NCBI GenBank assembly: GCA_035221665.1
Contig: CM069165.1
Location: 19,902,001 to 19,966,000 of the forward strand
Origin: Okamejei kenojei
Taxonomy: Eukaryota
DNA length: 64,000 nucleotides
Direction of reading: 5' to 3'
A program made the position numbers and the translations under genes. Each line of letters opens with the position of its first letter. Position 1 is the stretch's first letter. Of the stretch, positions 42,401 through 54,400 are shown in pieces. Below the pieces are notes generated by a model that was not told where the DNA came from, searched no databases, and was given only the letters and a program-made list of their open reading frames with translations.

Positions 42401-45400
42401 TATCCTAAAATGTCCCATTTCTAAAAACCGTTACTTTAATCTGTTTATGGAACTGTGATCCATGCAAATTTACTGCCCAATGCTTATGCCAAAAGATTGA
42501 TCGATTGTAATTGATTGGGTCCAAAACACATTGGCCTGAACATGGGAAAGGTATGATATGAATGAGTTTTTAAACTGCAGCCAAATTCAGTTGAGAAAAA
42601 ACATAAGAGATGCAAAAACACTGAATCTATGCCATTGAAATGAGGAAAATCAATTTTGAGAACCACACTGCAAAATATGATCTTCAGTTTTTTATTTAAA
42701 CCATCTACATTGAAGTGTTATTAAATTAAATCTCAAGGCAGCTTTGAAATTACTCTGCCACGAACAGGCATTAATTTATCATTAATGTTGAGAAGTATTG
42801 CATGCCTAACTGCTTTAAACCCAAGTCATTAATATGAGTGATTTATGTTATGGCAACGGCAACAAGATACCAATTGGTTAAGTGGTCCTTAAAATCTTAA
42901 TTAAACATCAAACCCTTAGGGGATATTTAAAGGACCCTTTTGTTAAAATAATAATAGCAATTTAAAATGGATAGAATCAGGTAGGTGGCCTTAATCTGAC
43001 ATATTTTCTCAACAGCCTCACATACAAACTATAAAAATCAAGGCAGGGAATAATATTTAGCAGTCAATTAAAACAATTTTATAATATATCCTGTATTAAG
43101 AGATTATATTTTTCAGTAACAAAGCACCAATATTAACAATTACCACCATAATTTGTATTTTATCAAAATAAAAAGTAATAATGCTGAAGACATCAAACAC
43201 GGTCAAAGTGTGGCAACATTGAAGCCATGCAAGTGCTCATCACTGAACCTTTCCAATAGGAGCTTTGACCACCTAACGTTGACATTTCGCTTCAGCACCA
43301 TTGCTAAAACTCTCACCCTCGATACCAAATGGGGTCACCATTGTGATCAGAACCTTAACTGTGCCAGCTACATAAATGTGATAGATTGAAAAGCAGGTTA
43401 GAAGCTGGGTGCCCTTGCAAAGGTGCATCACCTGATGACCCAACACCCTTTCACTACCAACCAGGCACAGGTTAATGTGGTAATAGAAATTACACCTGAT
43501 TGAGTATAATTCCAAAGTCAGTCATGCACAAAATCAAATGCTAATAATGAAAGCGGTGGGTGACGTGCTTTCAAAAAGAATATGTGCAGATTATGACATG
43601 ATTACTATGACTCAATTATAAACGCTAATGACGCAGGTTTCATGTAGGCGTTGTGCTGAGATTGAACAGTAAACCCTTTCATCTGTGTCTTGTGTCTTTA
43701 CATTCTTATTATTTCAGCAATTAATAATGCAATGTAATAGTGAGGAGTAAATATTTTCAAAACTGATTCACCAAAGCTCCTGAAATACCTACCTCCAGTG
43801 TCATTGGCACATTTTGCTTACGAACGTTGTGATTATGCTGATCCGTATTGAGCATTATTACAGCATAAGCAAGTGCAAAGCAGGCATCGTTGTTAACAAA
43901 TGGTGATCCATTAATTTTCTGCACAGAGTAAGAGACAAATGTAGAGATTTACCACTCAGTAAATGCAAAAAAAAGTTCAAATGTATAATTTTCAATTAGT
44001 ATCAACGTGCCGATAACCAGGTGAATAAACGTTGAGAGACAAACATATACAAGTTTCCTCTTCTCCTTCCATGGTGTCAATGACATTTTTTTTAATGACT
44101 TTTTGATTGCAACCAGGTGGAGTAACAGGGAAAAACAAATCTTACAATGAGAAAACACATTCATTAAGATCTAAATCCATATTAAAATTATTCAAAATCA
44201 ATTCAAATTAAATGTTTTGTGAAATACTGCAAGCTCTTTTAAAATTATTTTCATCAAAATGAAAAAAATGAATTTATCACCTCTGAATTAAAATATTTTC
44301 TCAGTTTTCCCCAAATCTTTTGCAAGATTTTGCTCAGCTAAGAGTGTCTCTTGTTGTAAAGCATCTCACTTAGTAGCACAGGGACTAGCTTTCCACAGCG
44401 GGAACATTTACCACTCTTAAAATATAACCATGGATCTCCAATCACTGCTACTAATAATTAATTTAGCAGAAATCTGCCAACAATCATTCTGCAAGGTACA
44501 CCAACAGCAGAGACGAATAGAAAAGATCCTATAGCAGAGCAAGATAGATCACTCCTGCTAGATGCAATGGGCTGACGTGTAGTACGCAACAGAACAGAAC
44601 GTGGGCCTTTTTTTCATCCATTTCCGTGACCCGACCCGCAGTGTAATTAACAGTTTGTGTTAATAAATTAAAATTATGAAAATGAGGAGATGATTTTTAC
44701 CAAATAACTTTTATTTTTACGAGGATATTTCCGTAACCGGCTTCGGTCTCCGCACTAGTATCTTTGCTCCGCTATGGGATCTTTGGTGCGGAGACGGAAG
44801 CCGGTTACGGAAATGGGGCCTAAAATTATCCATGAATCTGCCCATGATCATACTACGTCTTTTCCAATCTATCTTGCTATAGGATCTTTGACGAATAGTA
44901 CACAAACGGTCTCCAAAGTGCTGTTAGTTGTTGCTGAACAGTAGCTGTACATTATTATTACTCAGAATTATTTTTACATATCCATAATTTATTACATTTT
45001 TATTTTGTTTTTGAAGTACATACATGCCAATGATCTGTAAAGACTTCTAATAATCTGTGAATTACAGGGGCTTCACCAGGAAGTCTGAAAGCTTCTAGAT
45101 ATGAGCGCAGTGCTTCATCAATTCTCAATCCTTGGAATGTAAATGTCCTAATTGTAAAATAAGAGCACAAATTATCAACATAGCCGCTTTACAATTTGAA
45201 AAAGAGTTTCACTGACTGTTAATTTCACTACAATGGTCAACATAATCCCAACGTTAGCAATTTTAAACCACATAAAACCCAGATCTCTCTCATATAAACA
45301 AAATGAGAATAACTGAAATCTACTTATAAACTAAACAAAACATCTGAAAGGGCAGAAAAGTTGTACCTTCCTCATTTAATTATTGATGCAGATACTGGAG

Positions 45401-48400
45401 AAGGATCAGCCAAATATTACATGCAAAACAGAGAATTGGCTTACTTCAATGGAAATTTAAAAAAAGTAACAATGATAAAGGAAACAGGCCATTGTTAGCT
45501 GGGGCTACCTGAAGTGAGAGAAATCAATATTCATACCACTGTGGGTACACAAAAGGCTGGAGAAACTCAGCGGGTGCAGCAGCATCTAAGGAGCGAAGGA
45601 GATGGGCGACGTTTTGGGTCGAGACCCTTCTTCAGATTTATCGGACAGTGGGACAACATGCCCTCTGGTGCTTGTTGATCTCCCCCTGGGGATTCCTTTT
45701 CACTATGTACTGTCACTTGGTATTTGGCCCACGGTTTCATCACCCTTGTCCAAATCTATTTGTCTTACACTTGCCCTTCATAGATTTGTGGGAGTCAGTC
45801 TGGATCCACCCTAGGTTTGAGTTTATGCTAGATTTAGGCCATTGGGCTTGTCCGTCTGTAGAGCTTCTATCCATAGCCTCTCTGCTCTTTTCCGTCTCCC
45901 TGTTGTCCAATTTATGTTTGTTTCCAGGCCCATGATCTCTAGGGACTGGATCCCATGTTGCTGGAAGTGTCTGCTAATGGGTATGGATTGGTTCCCCCTT
46001 CTGATGTTGCTGAGGTGTCCTGTCAGTCTGACTCTGATGCTGTTACCCGTTTCGCCTATGTACAGTAGGTTACACTCTTTACATCTAATTGCATACACCA
46101 CATTCTTTTGCTCACAGGTTATCCTCTGTGCTATCTGGCCTCTCTTCCCTGTCACCCTGTTCTCTATATTTTTGGCTATTACTAAGTGGCTTCATACCAC
46201 TGGTTTCTCTCACTTCAAGGAGCCCCGGCATTCCGTCTCTTTCTATCCCTCCCCCACCCAATTCGCACTAGCTTCTCATTTTCACCCAACAAACAGCTTA
46301 TAATGGCCAGTTTCCTTTATCATTGTTACTTTTTTTGCATATCTTTAATTCATTGTCCTTTTTCTCTCCACTTCACTGTCTATATCTCTCCGTTCCCTTA
46401 TCCCTAACCAGTCTGAAGAAGGGTCTTGACCCGAAACGTCACCATTCCTTTCCTCCGGTGATGGTGCCCGTCCCCCTGCATTACTCCAGCTTTTTGTGTC
46501 TATCTTCGGTTTAAACCAGGATCTGCAGTTCCTACTTAAACTAAAGGCCAAATGAGAATCTTTTTCTAATCACATATAAATTAGTTCTCAGTCTTTAACA
46601 AACATTGATGTGGAATTATGATATATATTGTGTAATTTTTGAATAAATTTGAAGCGATTACTCGAAGCCAACATTTAATGTCAACGGATCAGAGAGAGCA
46701 GTTCAGCTGTGCACAAAAATTTCAAAGACAATTTCTCCAAATGCCTTAACTCTTGGATCAGATTGTTAAATATACACCAAAGGAAAACATATGTTTCTGG
46801 GAAAAGATGAACACAATTATTACTGGGAAGCCAGCTAAATCATGTGACCCAAATAAGTACAAAATATATATTTATCATTGAAATTGGAGAAATGGATTCC
46901 ATCCGGGTTATGACATTAACAACAATGTTATACCATGCACTGAAAAATTCAAAACTGGTTTTGTTAAACAGTAATTATGTTTGTAAGGAAATAAGTATTT
47001 GATACAATTAATAGTTATCCCCTCCCCCAAAACCTCAGCTTTGGTGGATCAAGCTAGCAGATCACTGCACTAATCATTGCACTCATAATGCTAAATAACA
47101 GTCAATAAATAACTATTTTTACTGTTGACCCTTTCCCCAGGGATATCCAATTAATATTTTTCATATTATATGTTACTCATTGTACTGAAATTATTTTACT
47201 AAAGATGTTTTGAAAATGCATTTCAATACCCAACAAAACTGTCCAGAAGTTCAATACTTTTCCGATCACTGATAAACTCGCCAATCATTTTCTTGTCCAG
47301 GCGTGGATTTTCCCGCAGCCACTGAGCTACCTCACGATTATCCATGGGAGATGCAAGCAGGCCCTTTTCCTGAAGAAACTGAATGCCTTTCTTTGGTTTC
47401 TGGTTAAATTGTTCCGTTCCAGTGATAAGAAGCTTGTGAAGAGAAAAGATACAAAAACATGATACGGTTTTTTGAAGTGCTTGGAGGTACTTATATCTTC
47501 CAAAATTAACTGTTTAGGATTATATTTATACAAGTTTAAATCAAACATCTAACATGATTTAGGTCATGTTAACAAAGCTGCCAAGATTAACTTTCTATTG
47601 AGGAATCTCTTTAGCAAACAGAAATTGAAAGTAACCATAAGCTTTGCAATAAAGAGCCCACATTTTATTAACATTAAATATTTAAGACAATTGATAGTAA
47701 TCTCATTAACAGAGTGGTGTCACACCTGTTCTTTCAGATTAAGGAAGAGCAGAAATGGGAGTGAAGAGTAGCGACCCAGATGCATCAAGGCAAAACTACA
47801 ATTGGTAGGCGAATGGAAAGTATTGCGCAGGAAGCCAGTATCAGAGGAATGTGGTGTTTACAGGGATCAGGAAGNNNNNNNNNNNNNNNNNNNNNNNNNN
47901 NNNNNNNNNNNNNNNNNNNNNNNNNNNNNNNNNNNNNNNNNNNNNNNNNNNNNNNNNNNNNNNNNNNNNNNNNNNNNNNNNNNNNNNNNNNNNNNNNNNN
48001 NNNNNNNNNNNNNNNNNNTTTACCACCACCATGAAAGTTAACAGGCACTTTATGCATGTTCCATGTTATTACCATTGGATAATAACATAGTCGTAGGTGC
48101 AGTTGTAGTGGGGTCGCCATGTAGTTGTGGGTAGTCAAGGTAGTTGTAGGTAACTTTAGTTATTTGCCTTTGCTGACCGGGCATTTTCAATGGCTCATTG
48201 GGGTAAAAAAACGTAAGCACATTTTCAGAACCGCCAAACTTCACAGCTGTGTATCTTTGGCTTATTAAACGTTGTCTGGCTTCTTAAAGCTGTCTCCACT
48301 CCTTCTCCCCCCTCTTTTAAAGGACTTACCGTACACTGTGCTAGCCGTCTTAACTTTCCTGTTCATTGTGGTGTGTGGCTGTATCACCTTGGCTTTGGAC

Positions 48401-51400
48401 CGTGTGAATTTCAGACAGTTTTCCCTAGCCCCCGCCTTTGCGGGTGGGTGTGGGTGTGCATGTGTTACACTGTGACCATCTCCGTTCCAGTTCCCGGTTT
48501 TTCAGGAGAGTGCCACGAACTTGACAGTTGCTGGCAGTCTGCTGAAAAATCGCCTTCAGGTTCATTTGAGAGAAGCAGGTTTAAAGGAAAACTGAATGCG
48601 TTGGCCCAGTTACATAACTTACTTATGATAAAGTGAAAAAAGTATGAAATAAATCTAATAATGGAGCAAAAAGTAAAATCTCTCCAAGTAGTAGACATAT
48701 TTGGAAGAAAGTCTGAAGTTGTAGGACAGACCAAGACAACGATTGGCACAATTCATCCGCACCACACAAATTTACCCAAATGAATACAAGAATTACAAAG
48801 TCTAATTAACTATTAATCCGATGTCAGTACTAATCCTGCGTTAACATGACAAATCTTTTACGCAGAGCAGTTGTCTACGAAGAGAAGCAATTTCAGAAGC
48901 TTATGTGTAAATTGTAATGGGATATGCATATTATTCTGACCCAATATATGAAATGTATACTCTCAAGTTAGTAATAAATGCTCTCCATTACCTTCTTCTT
49001 GCCTTTTATCTTCAACAATTCTTGAGCAGTTGGTAGGAAAGAAGAGAATCGAGGTGGCTTTTTAGGCGTCTTCTTCTCTGCTATAATTAAGCACCAGAAT
49101 TTATTAACATTGAAAGCTTGCCTATATACATGGTAATGAATACATTTTAACATCTATCTATTCTAGCTCTTTTCAAGCCATACAACAATAAAACAATTTG
49201 CAGAAAGGCTTTCAGCTTTATGCCTGAATTCTAATCTTAAAAATTATTTCTTTCTAATAAAGAAAGCATTGACAATTAAAAATACACACAGAATGTAAAT
49301 GATTCAAGATGGCGGTTCGCCAGCTATTCAAGGGGAATTTTAGATTGCTGATAAATGCCAGCAATATTGACATCTAGAAAAATGAAAAATAATTAATTAC
49401 ATATGAAAAATACAAGGTTGAACTTTTTCCATGTCATAGGAGCAGAATTAGCCCATCGATCCGCCATTCAATCATGCTGATCTATCCTTCCCTCTTAACC
49501 CGATTCTCCTGATGTCTTCCCATAACCTTTGATACCCTTACTAATCAAGTGCCTGGCAAGCTACCATTGTTGCTCCATTGTCATTCCCACTAGATTTCAT
49601 TTCCATTCAATTTTCACCAGCTCCTCCCTTATACCTCTGTCGTTAACTTGTCCCTCTCAAACTGCAGTTTCAATTTTATCACATTATGGACACTACTTCC
49701 TCGGGGGGTTCCTTTACCTTAAACAAATCTAGTTCATGGCACAACACCAAATTCAGAATTGTATTTTCCCCGAGCAGGCTCAACGACGAGCTGCTCCAAG
49801 AAGCCACTGTACAAATTCCTTGCCTTCGGATCCAATACCAACCTGATTTTCCCAATCTACCTGCACATTGCAATCCCGCATGACCACGATAACATTGCCT
49901 TTCTTACATGCCGATTGCATATCCTGGTGTGATTTGTACTCTACATCCTAGCCACTGTTCGGAGGCCGGTATATAACTTCCATCAGGGTATTTTTACACT
50001 TGCAGTTTCTTAACTCTACCCATAAGGATTCTACATCTACTGATCCTACATCATCCTTGCTGAGGATTGAATTCCATTCCTTATCAGCAGTCACCGCACC
50101 CATCTGCCTGTCTTTTTATACGATAAGATATGTATCCTTGGATGTTCAGCACTCAGTTCTGATCCTCATTTAGCCACATCTTAGTGAGCCCACAACGTTG
50201 CACCTGTCAATTTCTAACTGTGCGATAGGCTCCTCCACTTTGTTCCATATACTACGTGCAATCAAATATAACACCTTTAATTCAGTATTCACCACCTCTC
50301 TTCTCAAATTGTTCCCCATTTTGCCTGAGCTTAGACTCTCATCGCCTCTTAAACTTTCTGTCTTATTACTTCTTCTGCTCCCTTTAACTTCATCCATACC
50401 TTTCCAATTTGCTGAACCCAAATTATTCTTTCAATTTATTTCATTCCTGGAAACAAATTACTGTTTACACAAAGTTTTACGACTATCGGAAGAAGATACC
50501 ACGCTTGTCTCATCCAGTTTATAAACTCATATTTTCAGGTTTTGGAATAAAAGACACTTATTTTTTCATTCCTCTAAATTATGGAATTACAATTAAATGT
50601 AGCAGCTTCATTACATCCTTATCAAAGACACTGATAAATTCATCAAAGACTACAAATTAACCTCAGAGCCTACCATATCCACAGCTCAACAGGATTATTT
50701 AGAATGTGCCAATTTTTTTTATTTTACTCCAAGAGATTATGGAAATACAAGAGTCATCTAATCTTTAAACTATTCAATTATTTTTCCAAAAGGATCACAC
50801 TAAGATTAAATTAAGATCTAACCTCTCATTTATTCCAGCTAAATTATACTTCTCTTTGTTACTTCATATACTAAAAAGAACTATACCACTGCCAGAAATG
50901 ATTGAAAACTGATTAATACATTTTTTCATGGGCTTCAAAAGACATAGTTTCAAAGGGACTATGTTCTTTCGTAGAATACGACTCTTTTTTTGTTGCAAGA
51001 TGAACCAAACAGGCAAGCAAAGAGTATCTCAGATTTCCCACCTGCGGGCTTATTGGCACATTGGAGTTCTCAAGATGAAAATTAAGTGTATCTGTATCAT
51101 AGAAAAACTTTTATACAACCAAGGAAGGTTTCCACCTATTGCACCCTTACCTGTTTCATTTTCCTCAAGTTGCCGACCTAGTTTCATTTTCTGCGCCATA
51201 AGATGACCACTGGTAGGAGGATGAGGTAGTGATGGTTCCACATCTGAAGGAGCTGATGCAGCATTAACCCCTGCCCTTTCATTGCCTGCAGAGAAACAAA
51301 AGACAGCAAACTTTGATGGCATTTTACTCACAACCTCGGTGTTCAAAAAGAGCTTCACACCCAAATACATATGGACGATTTTCACTATTACACTATATCT

Positions 51401-54400
51401 AACATTTATTCTGTAATCAATTGGCAGTGTAAGATCCCGCAAAGACTGATGTGATAACTGGAGTCAAAAACTGCAGATGCTGACAGTCTGAAACAAAAGC
51501 AGAAAATGGTAGAAACTCTTAGCAGGCCAAACACCATTGTGAGAAAAGAACCAAAATCAATGTTTCATGTCAGGGATATGTTTCATGTCAGCAGTATTAG
51601 ATAGCTGAGAAAACAAGAAATTTTAATTTGCAGAGAAGGATGGTGCACATCCAAATTACAGATGGTGCACATCCAAATTACATCCATTACATTAAAAAAC
51701 AGCTATTAAAGACAGAAGGGGGGGAGAAAAACATTTTAAAAATTCCAGCCACTTCAAGAGGGAGAACAATTGGTGGTTACCCAAAATTGCCAAATGCCAA
51801 GGATGCAACATACCGAGGTGAAAGATGAGGTGCTCTTCTAGAAGCTTCCACTGAGTACATTGGTGGACTTAGTTGACAAAAGTAGAGAGATTGTGGTGGG
51901 AGTGGGATTGCAAAATAAAGTGTCAGGTGACTGGAAATTCAGGGTTGTCCTGTGAAGATGAACGATATATATTGAACAACAAGCCACTGAATCTGGAGGC
52001 ATATGGGTGGAAGCTGAGGGCAAGGGAGAACCTATCCTAATTCTGCTGGGAAGAGAGAGGGGGATGGCTCCTCCCTCGCATCCATCCAGGCACCCCAAGC
52101 AATCCTTCCAGATGAGACGGAGGCTCACATGCACCTCCTGTAACCTCACCTCCATATGCTCCTCATGTGGCCTCCTTTACATTGGTGAGGGAGAGGGTGG
52201 ACCAGGCGAATGCTTACTGAATCGTCCATTATTTTAACTATTTTAACTCCTCTTTCCATTCCCGTGCTGACCTTTCTGTCCTGGGCCTCCTCCATTGCCA
52301 GAGTGAAGCAACATGGAAACTGGAGGGACAGCCCCATATATTCCACTTGGGTAGCTTAATGACATAAACACTGAATTATTTAATTTTAGGTAACTAGCAC
52401 TTAACTTAACTAGCAACTTAATGACATAAACACTGGATTATTTAATTTTAGGTAACTAGCACCCCCCCCCCCCCCCCCCCCCCGCCCCTCCTGGACTTGC
52501 GACCATTTCTCCCCCCTCCACACTCCAACCTCTGGCTTCACAATTTGCAACTCTTCTATCCATTCCTCACACCTTTTGTCCTTTCATCTCTGGCTTTTGT
52601 TCAACCATCTGCTTCGCAAAACCCTCTCTCACCTGTATCCGCCTATCACTTGCCAGGCTTTATCCTGCCACCCCCCACCATAATATTCAATCTGAAAAAA
52701 GGTCCTTATCCAAAACATCACCTATTCACGTTCTCCAGAGATGCTGCCTGACCTGCTGAGTTACTCCAGCACTTTATATCTTTTTTGTAAATCAACATCT
52801 GCAGTTCCTTGTTTGCACATGAAAGTATTGCACTTTGTCTTCTGTATGCACATTCCTTCAGAACTCAATCTTGAATTTAAAATTTCATTCCTTCTCTTCA
52901 CAGGTTTAACTGTAATTTTTTTTTCCCCTTCAGTTTTTACAATAGTTTTTACAACAGCTTCTTCCCACACCAAATAACAGATATTCCTCTGTCCTCTCCA
53001 CTGCTCTTAGTTTACCACCTCCTTTGGAAGAACGCCATTATTTTAGTACATTGGACTGTCAGTCTAAATCCTGTGTTCAGATCTCTGGAGTGCAACCAAA
53101 TCATTAAACATCTAACTCAAGGGCATGGGTACTTTCTTACAGCGACAAAGAACAAAGCACCAAAAAATTCACAGAAACCACATGATGCAAAATCAATTTT
53201 TCCATCAGCTGTGTAGAAAATATATTTTTGTGTTCAATTAATTGGGCCGGTTTTCACTGAGATGCACTGTTTTCACACTGCTGTACTGCATTGATATGCA
53301 TTGTCAGTTCCACAAAGGAAAACTCATTTGACTGAGAAGTGTCTTGAGCCGAGTGGAAAGACATTGAGAGAATCTCATGTGATCACATCGCAACATATAT
53401 CGGCTGGACCAGATACGACCCACCTGTGGATATCACCTGAATAATTGCAAATCCAAATACTTGAAACCACACAATACCTCAAACTGGTTACATCTCCACC
53501 TACACAATGTGTTCGCTCTTACAGGTGAGAGATTTTACATTGTTTTCAGAAATATTGTTAATGTGATCCAACAAGTTGGAAGATGTGAGAGCAGATCTCC
53601 AGCGAGCTGCCACTGTACCAGGGTAACATAGCCGTAAATCACAGCCAAGCAATTACCAACAGAGCTCGACCAGCAAAGTTACAGCTCGATGGTTCTTTAT
53701 TATCACGTGTCCCGAGGTATAGTGAAATTCTTTATTTTTTGCATACAGATCAGTAAGATTATTACCATGCATATGTACATCCCCAATTAAGTGTAAAAAG
53801 CCTAGAAACAGTCAACCAAGTCCATATGCAAGAGTCGCCAGGTTTTGGCACCATTTCAAAGTACCAGCTGCAGCTGGCCATAAAGGCCTTTTGCAGCTGT
53901 GGACATGAACCAAATCGTCACGCAAATCGTTCAAATCAAGTTTTGAAACTATGGCACATAATGAAATTATAACCTCACCTCAAGTGGGAATTTTCTGGAT
54001 GAAATGTCTACTAAATAAATTCCTTCAGAATCCTTCAGAAGCAATGAATTGCCAAAAGCTGCAACTGTTCAGCATCTTTAACTATTTCAAATGTTGCGAA
54101 TTTATAGTTATTTGACACGCATCTTCATTGATCCTCAAACATTCAAATCCTCAAAATGTAACCTGTTAATTTTTGTACCAACCAAACTGATTTAGCTGTA
54201 GTTTGTTTCCAGCAAAGAATAGAGAGATGCATTTCACAGCCATGCATTTATTTACGGCAAATATTTTTGTTCAGCAATTGCATTATCATTTACTTAAAGG
54301 CTTGCCCTGAAATCCTTAAACACATAACTTGATGGCATGCAGGTGTTCACTAACACATTGGCATTTACCACCAATAAAAATTCCAAAGGCTATCTTAAGA

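Larger units (their letters stand above)
45459..46535. mobile_element. Older Penelope-like insertion with inverted structure (45459-45541 minus, 46203-46535 plus), interrupted by the younger element
   Basis: aaaaaagtaacaatgataaaggaaac.ggccat and gaagtgagagaaa recur in reverse complement after 46203. Ends in the hammerhead-bearing terminal repeat. Confidence 0.7.

Noticed and set aside
45842-46303. 153-aa plus-strand ORF
   Set aside because: Antisense shadow of the Penelope GIY-YIG ORF.
47780-48560. ORFs spanning the N gap and the adjacent unclassified repeat-like sequence
   Set aside because: The ORFs are gap artefacts, and the element's termini cannot be determined.
51639-51682. 22-bp tandem duplication (similar ones at about 39800-39840 and 33298-33322)
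   Set aside because: Ordinary slippage duplications with no functional signal.
53425-53437. Possible 13-nt GBF1 micro-exon (ttattcag|GTGATATCCACAG|gtgggt, minus)
   Set aside because: It would break the frame between phase-1 exons, has a weak pyrimidine tract, and has no other support.
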